28,912 nt of DNA from positions 1 to 28,912 of IMG/VR virus record IMGVR_UViG_3300046103_002570; one strand, given 5' to 3'. A model generated the notes under the pieces. It was given only the letters and a program-made list of their open reading frames with translations, made no database searches and was not told the origin of the DNA. Within the stretch, counting starts at the first letter, position 1; each line of letters begins with the position of its first letter. Below, one piece after another: positions 1 through 9,000 of this stretch. This stretch comes from a virus (taxonomy: Duplodnaviria; Caudoviricetes). A program made the translations under genes and the position numbers.

Positions 1-44
1 TTGCCCAGGAAGGTCTGCTGATTGTTCTTTGATTGTATCGACAT
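1..44 (-). CDS. Start of a probable tail fibre/tail spike protein (truncated by window edge)
   Basis: ATG at 44-42 directly follows the TAG of the giant gene and reads MSIQSKNNQQTFLG(N). This resembles the N-terminus of podoviral tail fibres (MT-x8-10-Y/F-x-GNG), and the position matches T7 gp17. Only 14 codons are visible. Confidence 0.45.
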   Translation of the reverse strand, partial: MSIQSKNNQQTFLG

Positions 45-3000
45 CTACTTGCCCTGCCCTTTTTTGACTCGATGTGTACCGAAGAGAACGTCCTTGACGA
101 AATCTGGGAGCTGCTCCCACTCGTCCAAATTGTATTCACCCCTAAGATATTTGTTCCAAACCCCAATCTCTCTTCGTATTTGGATTACGCCGCCGACTCC
201 TTTGAGTGACGCAGCGCCCAAAAGCAGGTCAATCGCTGGGTCGAACTGCTCGATGATTGTCTTTCCTCTCGGGTCTAGCATCTCAGGGAACTTGGCAATC
301 GCTGCGACCATCCTCTCGGCTTCTTCCAGCGCGGGATGGTTTCCTCCCCTGCGGCCAACGATGACACTGCTCAGGACCGGACCCGCAACGGGAAGAAGCC
401 CCGAAACCTCAGACACAGTGTTTACGCCGACGAACTTGCCCCAGTTGACCCACCATTCGTCTTCTGGATCGTCGTCCGGCTCCCTACCCCGTGACAGCGC
501 GACGAGGCTCGGCGTCACAACGAAAAGAAACATCATCCGGTTTAGATAGGAAAGCTGGCTGACCCTGTGGAATTCGTAGACCTCTCGGTTTAGCTCCCAC
601 ATCGAGTTGAGTCTTGAGTTCAGGAACCCGCCGAACCATGTCAGCCACTGCGTCATCTCGTCTTTCTGCGCCATGACCCGCGAAAGGTCTTTGACCTGGT
701 TAGCTGACTGAGTGATCTCGGTGAGCCTGTCCGCGTATGCTGCTGATAAGCTTTCGTTGCCGCGTGTTTCCTCGATGTCATTGAAGGCTTGGATATATGC
801 AGCTTGCCAGGACCACACTGTCGGCAGCAGGTCCATCTTGGCAACCCATTGCATCAACCAGGCATTCCAATTGTCCAGCCTTGCATCAGGCTTCAACTGG
901 GACGCCTTCTGCGCGATCTCACGATTCCAAGCATTCGCTCTAAAAGGCAATGCAGTGCCAAATTCAAACGCGAATGAAACGGTCTCATTGAAGTTGCCCA
1001 TAAACTCCCAGGCAGCTCGAGACATATTGGCTGGGCCAACCCGCGACATCATGTCGAATATTGCAGAAGGCTGCATCGCAAGGGTAGTCATTGAACCGCC
1101 GAGGATTGAAACGGATTCGTTCTGCCGCACCTGCCTCGCAACACGAACGGTCGGAGACTGCACCGTCGTAGACGAACCCGCGAGGTTCTTCAGCCATTCC
1201 TTCAGCGCCACAAGCTCATCCTCGCGGTTGAGGTCGCGGAACACACCTTCGATCTTCTCGCTGTACAGGATCTTGCGCGTTGCAATTACATACTCGCGCT
1301 GCGCTGTGTCATGGGCGATCTGATTCATCGCTTCGTAAAGCGGAAGCAGCGAAAGGAATACTGCGTTCTTGTCGCCGAAAACCTTACGTCCCATCGTATG
1401 CCCGTGCGATGTCATCGGCCCGCCGCGATGGACTTGATACTGATCTTTCAAATCCTGGGTCTCAACCTGTTCCTTGACCCCAAGCCGGACCTCTGGGTCG
1501 CGAGCCAGGGGATAGTAGAATCCCGGCACCACCCTGCCGCTGGGGAGTGTGAACGGCTGCGGTACGACCGCCTCTGGTCTGATCTGTGTTGCCCGCTCGT
1601 TCACGTCAAACACCATCGTCTGACGGCGCTGCAGCATTGCACCGATTCCTACCGCTAGGTCGACGAGCTTCTCGGCTTCGGGCAGGGAAAGAATCGCATC
1701 AAGCTGCGCGTCCGTAAGCTTGCCATGGCTCCACTTGTAGTTCGCCCAGCCAGCCTGCATCGCATCTCGGTTGTGCTTGTTACCCAGTTGCAAGATCACC
1801 GCCAGGATCTGCTCCTGAGTCAATGCGCGACCAATCGCAGGAATCGGGATTAGCTTGTCCCCGAACTTACGCATTTCGGCCCTGCCAGCCGCTGTCTTGT
1901 TTGAGAATCCAGCAGCCTCAAATGCTTCAGCCAAGTCATCGCTGAAGTCCTGCTTCATCTGGTTCTCTTGAAGTGTGGTTTCGTTCACTGCCTGCACTAG
2001 CAAACGCTGCCAGGGTCCATTGGCAACGCCACCGTCCATGTACCAAGCCATCGTCGAAGTCTTCTTCGACCACGCCCACGATAAGGACTTGAATCGCATG
2101 AGCCTGCCCTTGATCGTTTCGTCCTTGTGCGGGACCGTTCCGTCTGGCCTGCGCTCCGACTGATGTCTCTGCTCGGCAGTGGTGATCAACTCTTCCTTGA
2201 GCGCGTCGACAAAGAGATCTATTCCACCAAGCTTGATCTTGAGGTCGCCGCCTGCGATATGCGCAAGCTGTGCGATGGCGCGACCGACCTCAGACAACTC
2301 GTCGATTGACAGAAGCTTGTAATCCCCGACCGTTATCGCCTCGGACACAGCGGTGTGGTCGAAGGCAATTTCATGGCCCTCTTCTGTAAGAGCTACAACC
2401 AAGTCGGCAAGCGTAGTGCTTGGAGTGACGATGACGTTTGCACCGATTATCCGTGCATCGTTTCTGGCAGCGAACTGCTCTGAGGCAAGCTCGGCTGCAG
2501 ACATAGGTTCGGTGGCTGTCCGAGGCACTGCCTTCTTGTTGATGAGTTTTAGCCCGGTAATCATCGCGACCAGGTGATCGTGAATCTCTTTGTTGCCTCT
2601 GAGAATCTTCTTCAGCGGCTTCGGCTTCATCTTCCGCTTAGACAAAGCGGTGACCTTGTCCATCTTGCGCTGGGCTTCCTTCGCCGCACGGTACGCAAAG
2701 TGATTGAATAGCTGGTCGAACTTGGCGTCTTCAAGTGCTTGCGGGTCTCGGTTCAGATATGCACGCCCTGCCCTGTCTGCGGCACGCTTCTCCTGGGTGC
2801 TAAAGCGACCGGGTCGAAGCTGTGAGAGCGGAATCCTGCGGACATACTCCTCGGCTGCAATTCGGGTGTCCCGCTGCGAGATCTTGAGGGTGGCGGCAGC
2901 GATCCTGAACGCCCTCGACTTGCCCCGCTCGGCACGCTTGACGCCCTCGACAGCCTGCTTGCCTTCTCGCCTAGCCTTATCCTCTGCTGGGCGCGCTGTA

Positions 3001-6000
3001 TTCGCCGTCTCACGGCGCTGCATTGCCGCCTGCAGGGCTGCTGTGGCAGATGTGACTTCCTGCTGCGCCGCAGTCACTGCGTCCGCGTCAGACGATTCTG
3101 CGGCCTCCTCGAGCAATTCCTGTGCTGCCTCGACATCTGCCTGCGCAGACTCGACCTCTGCGTTCCGCTCAGCCGGGGTCAGTGCTCCTTCCTCTGCCAC
3201 TTGCTTGCGAACTGCTGCAGGAGCCCGTAGTGCTTTTGCCCACTTCCTCGCCAGCCTGATCTCGTTGACGATGAAGTTGGCCGAAGCCTCGACCTCATGA
3301 ACCGCATCGAGTGCGTTCTGCTCCGGGTCGCCGAGGTCCGCAGTCTTCTCTGCGATTGCCCGGTCGACGCGCTGGTTCACAGCATCATCAAAGGTCGGCG
3401 TGATGCTCAGACCATTGATCAGGTCTTCGGGACTAATCCCGAAAGCTCGCGCAACGTCGATGTGATCCCAGGTATCCGCTCGCTTGCCACCAACAACACC
3501 ATTCCTGTGCTTCGGCAATGCTCTGAGCGCAGCAGGTCCAAACTCCTCCTCAATACGCGCAGCATTCAGCTTGCGATACTCTGGCATGGGCTCGGCTTCG
3601 TCTGGATCAATCCATTGGCCGTTTGCTAGCCACTGCCTTGCACGATGAATCGGGTCTTTGCGAAGCTCTTCGGCAATAAGCTGAATGAGCTGCTCGCGGT
3701 CCTCCGCTAGAATCGCCTTCTGGTTTGCACGCTCAATCCGGGCCTTCTTCTTCAGCAGCGACTCGAGATATGCAGCCTGCCGTTCCTCGGTCCTAGTCTG
3801 GTGGTCAGCCCAGTCCGACTCGCTCACACCCTCCGGCTTCGACCCGAATGCAGGCTTCAGCCCTGACTTCCGCTTTGCAACCTCGATCTCGTCATCAGAT
3901 GCAAAGACACGATCAAAAATACCGACCAAGTCATCTGGAAGCTGTCCGCCGGTCAGCTCATCAAGGTCTGTGTACAGCTTGCGAAGCCACTTTGCGGCAC
4001 GCTGGAATGCACCACGCAAACCCTCACTAGGCGCTTCACCCGTTGCCACGTATTGCTCCATCGCACGCGCAAGCTTCTCGGCCTTTCGGTTCGCGTGGTC
4101 GATTGCCTTCTCGGCATTGCGCAATGCGACCTTGTCACCCGATGCCAGTGCAGCAGCTCGATCAGCAAGTGCTGGCTGCAGCTCGGCAGGGTCTACAAGT
4201 AGCCCGCCCTCTTCGACTCCTGCATAGGCAAGCAGTCCCGCGTAATCAGCCTTGAGCTGGTCGGATACATTCGGATCGCTAGCCAGCACTCGCAGAACTT
4301 TTTCAACGTAGTGACCCAGACCCTCATGGAAGAAGGTCGACGCATTAGCACCCTCGCCGAGGCCGATGATCGACGGCTCGCCTGCCGCACCCGGCTGAAT
4401 GAAACCGCGAGGGGGAGCGGATGCACCACCATCAGGCTGGAAGAAGGTGTTCAGGACGTCGATGGCCTCCTCGTCCCAGATGACAAAGTTCTTACCGCCA
4501 GCGATCCCACCGCTGAACCTGCCCGCGTCGTAGACGAGACCAGGTAGCCCAGCTACGAGCAGCGCATTGGACGCCCGCTTGTCGTTGCCACCCAGTCGAG
4601 CTTGGAGGGCTTGGTAAATCGTTCTGCCGTTAGGATCGAACCCTTCAAGCAAGTTTTCGGCTCCCAAGTACTGGTTCAGACTGTCGCCGTCGTTTTGATC
4701 TGGGTCTGTCGCAGTCTCGATCAACGCCTCTCGCCATTTCACTCGCGTGGCGTCGGTAATGATCGGAACTCCATCTTCATCAAATTCGTCAGCGAGGTGC
4801 TCTGCAAAGTCGGAAGGGCTGCCATCCTCGTTCACCAGGAAGTAGTCACCATTCCGATCATTGTTCTGCAGGATAGCCGCGATCTCTTCTGTCGATAGTC
4901 GCTCCAAACGCTCTTGGAGTGTCAGGTTGTCACCGGCAATCTCTGGGATCGAGCGCACCTTGGCCTGCACTTCTTCAGAGTGCTCGCTCAGCGGCAAGTC
5001 CCAATCGAGCAGTTCTTCTGTCTCGGGGATGTTGACTTCAAAGAGCTGTCCCTTGCCCGCAGGAGAGACCGTGAGCTTGAAGCCTGAAGCGATCAACTTC
5101 TTGAGAGCGGCGATGTCGCCCAAGTGTTCGTCCGGGTCAGCGGCGAAGCTCGCTTCCCAAGCCACCAGCACATCTTGCAAGCTGCCGATTTCGCTGCGGG
5201 GGGTGTCGGCTTCAAACATCGCGTCTTCTAGCGCGCTCGCTTGCGTGTTGTCTAGGCCAAATGTCTCCACCGCCTCCGTGATCGTCATGTCTGGATCGAA
5301 TGACATCGACGCGCCGTTGGGTGCGGTGATGAAGATGCCGCCCGCAGGCTCAATCGTCAGACCTTCGGCCACCAACTCTTCGATCATCCAGATGTCGGAT
5401 TGGATCTCGTCGATATCAAACTGCAGGTCTCGGTCACCCTCGAGATCCTCTCGCAAGATCCCGAGCTGATCTCGCCACGTATTCAGGACCGAGGTAACCG
5501 AAGAACTCATCCCGTCGATGCTGAATGCCTCAAGAAAGTTTTCCAAGGCACGCGCTTGGATAGGCCTGGTGATGCCGAGCTTCTCTTGCAATTCGTCCGC
5601 GCTCAACGCATCGCCCAGGCCAATGAGCGATTTGTCGTTGACCGTTTTTCCATTGATGCTGATTTCGATGCCCGTATCCGCGCCGCGCCTTTGGCTCGAC
5701 AACTCCTCACGGTAGAAGTTGGCTACGCCTCGCCTGTCCGCGAAATACAAACCCCACCCGAACGCCTGGGCACCTTCGCCTTCGCCGATGTGGTCAAGCG
5801 TGAACTTGTCAAAGCGATGCGGCGTGCCGTGGAATGCAGGCTGGAATAGGGTGGTGGGTTGCTCTAACGGTTGTCCGAGGGGGCCTTCGGTTCGCTCTGG
5901 CTGGATTCCGAGTTGGGCAACGGTGTCTCGGTAGACTTGCCATGCCGGCTCGTAAAGCGAACGCTGGGCGATCTCTTGTAGATCGGGTCGTCCGGCGAGG

Positions 6001-9000
6001 CCGTGGCGATCCCATACTTCGCCGCTATCTCTGCCGCTCTCTCCCGTGTAATCTTCTGCGCCATGATAGTTCCCCTTCTCACCGAACTGCGTTGCTGTGA
6101 AGCTATCCCCTAGGACGCCCGATATCTTAGCAAGAAATTCGGCTAGGTGCTCTTCCGAGTAGCTTTCGCTGTCAAAGTATCGCCCGTCTCGGAAGTCAAG
6201 TGAAGTCCCATCGGGGGACACAGTAAAGTTAAGCCCATCTGTCGAGTGTTCGGGGTTTAGAGCCTCGTAGAGGTCTGAGACCTCCTGCTCGGTCAGAGAC
6301 GACCCGTCCTTCCTCGAGAAAGACACTGCAAACTCTTGGCCGTCCCAAGACGGTTGCGACGTAATTGCCGCATCCTGAAGAAGGGCATCCCCGAGAAGCC
6401 TCGCCACGAAGTCGGCGGTTTCTATGGTCTCTCCAGGCAGGGTGAAGACCATTGAGGGCTCTATCCTGTCCCATGTGCCCAGCGTGTGGCCTACCTGATG
6501 CACAATCCCCATGGCCCGCAGGATCGTCACCTGACCGTCTTCGTCGGTGATCGCCTCGACGATACGCCGCTCATGGTCTTGAAGAACCGAGAGGGGGGTG
6601 TCCTGTGGCAGGCCATATCCCCGTGCTTGGCCGGGGTTGGCCGAGACTGTCGACCGGGGAGCTCGGGCCTGAGCTAAGTCGAGGAGGTCTGGATCGAGGT
6701 CGATGTTGGAATAGGGGTCAATCTGTTTGTCCGACCGGAAGTGCGGTCGCTCCCCGTCCGACAGAGCTTGGGAAAGCGGTTCTTCCGTGTCGAAGGCACC
6801 GTTCTGTTTGAGCCCAGTAAGTTCAGCGATCTCCTCGGAAGAGAAGGCCATGGCCTCCTCTATTGATCCCTCAACGTCTTCCGCCGGAGTCGGATTGAGT
6901 TCGCGCTGGCGCTCAACGTAAAGCGTCTCGAGATTAGTGAGAGCCCTCTCGTTAGGCAGCTTCGGCGACAGGTGGTTCTTCGCGTAGAACCAGAGCAAAG
7001 CCTGCACAGCATCCGGCTTGATGCCGAACTTGTTCGCAAGCAACTCTGTCATAAACATCGAGTACCGAATGCTATCCGCGTTGGGCATCTGAGCGCCGTC
7101 GACGATTGTTGTGATCCCCGTCTTGTCGCTTGTCTTCTCGTTGCGGAAGAGGAAGCCCATGACGCGAGCCATGTGAACATCTTGCACCGTGTAGGGTGAG
7201 AACACGTTGTCCGCTCGGTCGCGGATCAGGTTCATGTAGTTGGAAACCTTGAGGCCACCCTTGTAGGTTCCGCTTTGGTACATGCGGATAATGTTGTCGA
7301 CCTCCGCCGACGAGATCGAGATCCCCTTACCCTCGGGCCTCTTCATAATCGCCCGCTTGAATGCCGCAGGGTCTGACAGCGGGTTGTGCTGTCTAGCGAT
7401 GATCATAATGCGGAGCGTGTCTTTGAGGTTCTGCCTAGTCGAGTTCTGGGCCGACGTAATCCCGAAGACGATTGAAGCCTCTTGCAGGTTGGCCCGACCG
7501 ACGAGGCCCCGGATACCCTCACCGAACTGCTTGTACCAATCGCTCTGGTCGCCAGCCTCACCCATGGCAATCTCGATGAACTCAGACAGCTCGGCGAATG
7601 AGCGCGGTTTCACGCGACTGTCGAGACTTGATAGATCCTCCTCGCGAGCCAGGTCGACCTTCTTCTTCTTGGCCTTTACCTTCAGGTCATCAAGCTTCTT
7701 CTGAATCCTTTTCTTCTCGGCATCGCTCTTTGCTGCTTTCAGCTTCGCGTTTAGCTTCTTGCGTTCCTTCGGCAGATTAGCCAGGAATTTGCGAGCATCG
7801 TTTCCCTTCTTGACTCCGCGTGGGCGGGGTGACCCAGTAACGCCTGCCAGGGTTTCCGCAGTCAAGTCATCAACGCCTACCGAGTCGACTAGATCTCTGA
7901 ACTCAGTCTCGATACGCCCGATTGGGATGGCTGAAAAGCCTTCCTGCGGCGTCTCTGTGCGGGGCTCGAATGAGGCCGGTTGGTGAAACACATTAGGATC
8001 TGAAAGCTCGTCGAGTTGCGCGGTCAGCGTTTGCACGCGCTCTTGCGCGGCAGTCAGAGCAGCGGCGCGGGGGGTGGGGGCTAGGTCGGGGTCAGTAAAC
8101 ACATCAGACCCAATCACCTCACCTGACCTGACGCTTATTTCAGGCTCCGCGTCTGCCAATCGTCCAGAGGTAACGTCATCGCGTGAAAACGAAACACGCT
8201 GCACAGCGTTTTCGTCATGTACCCCGTAATGGGTCTTGGCGTATTCCAAATCGTTCGTAACAAAAACACCATCCCCTTCAAATTCCACCTGTGCGCCCGG
8301 TTCCATCGCCGATGATTGTCGAGCGTCGGCACCCGATACTGCACGCCCGTCAACGCTCCTTGAAACGCGATAACCAACAAGCCTCCCGTCTGGAAGTTGC
8401 TCCCAGTTGTCCGCCCCTCTTGGCAACTCCTCCCAATTCCCAACAACCGCACCCTCGGCAGGGGCGGCTTCCTCGAAAGGTTCAAAGGCTCTAGCCTGGG
8501 ATTCTTCTAGCGACTGCTCCCGCTCGGCGCGAGGCAGAGCCTGTAACGCCTCACGCGCTTCCCATAAACCCTCTTCGCTAACAACTGTATGACCTTCTGA
8601 ATTGACGCTGACTAACCCAGCAGCCCGAAGTGAGGCCTGCTCGCGAGGCGAAAAGCCGTTGATCGAATATCCGCCGCCATCAACCTCGTTCATCTCTGGA
8701 AACGCCTGTAACGCAGTAGGCTCTACGGACGGGACAACCGGAGCACCCTCGGCGGCTGCTTCGGGGGCTGTGCCGCCAGTCTCTTGCGCCTGCAACGATT
8801 CCAGCTCAGATGTCGCATCGGCCAGTTCTTGCCTCAAGGCAGCTTGCTCGGGGGATTGCGCCGACTGCTGCTCACCCGCAACCGCTTGATCCTTGAACCC
8901 TGTGACAATGATGCGGCCAACCTTCTCGGCCAGAACTTCGGGGCTGATGTTCTCGCGCTCCGCGATGTTCACAATCATGCGGCCAAACAGTTGACTGCCT

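Noticed and set aside
8135-8485. Other same-strand nested ORFs in the giant gene (8135-8485; also 3953-4168, 4193-4432, 6229-6474)
   Set aside because: No convincing RBS/start pairing noticed and the composition is typical of off-frame translation, unlike 5864-6064.
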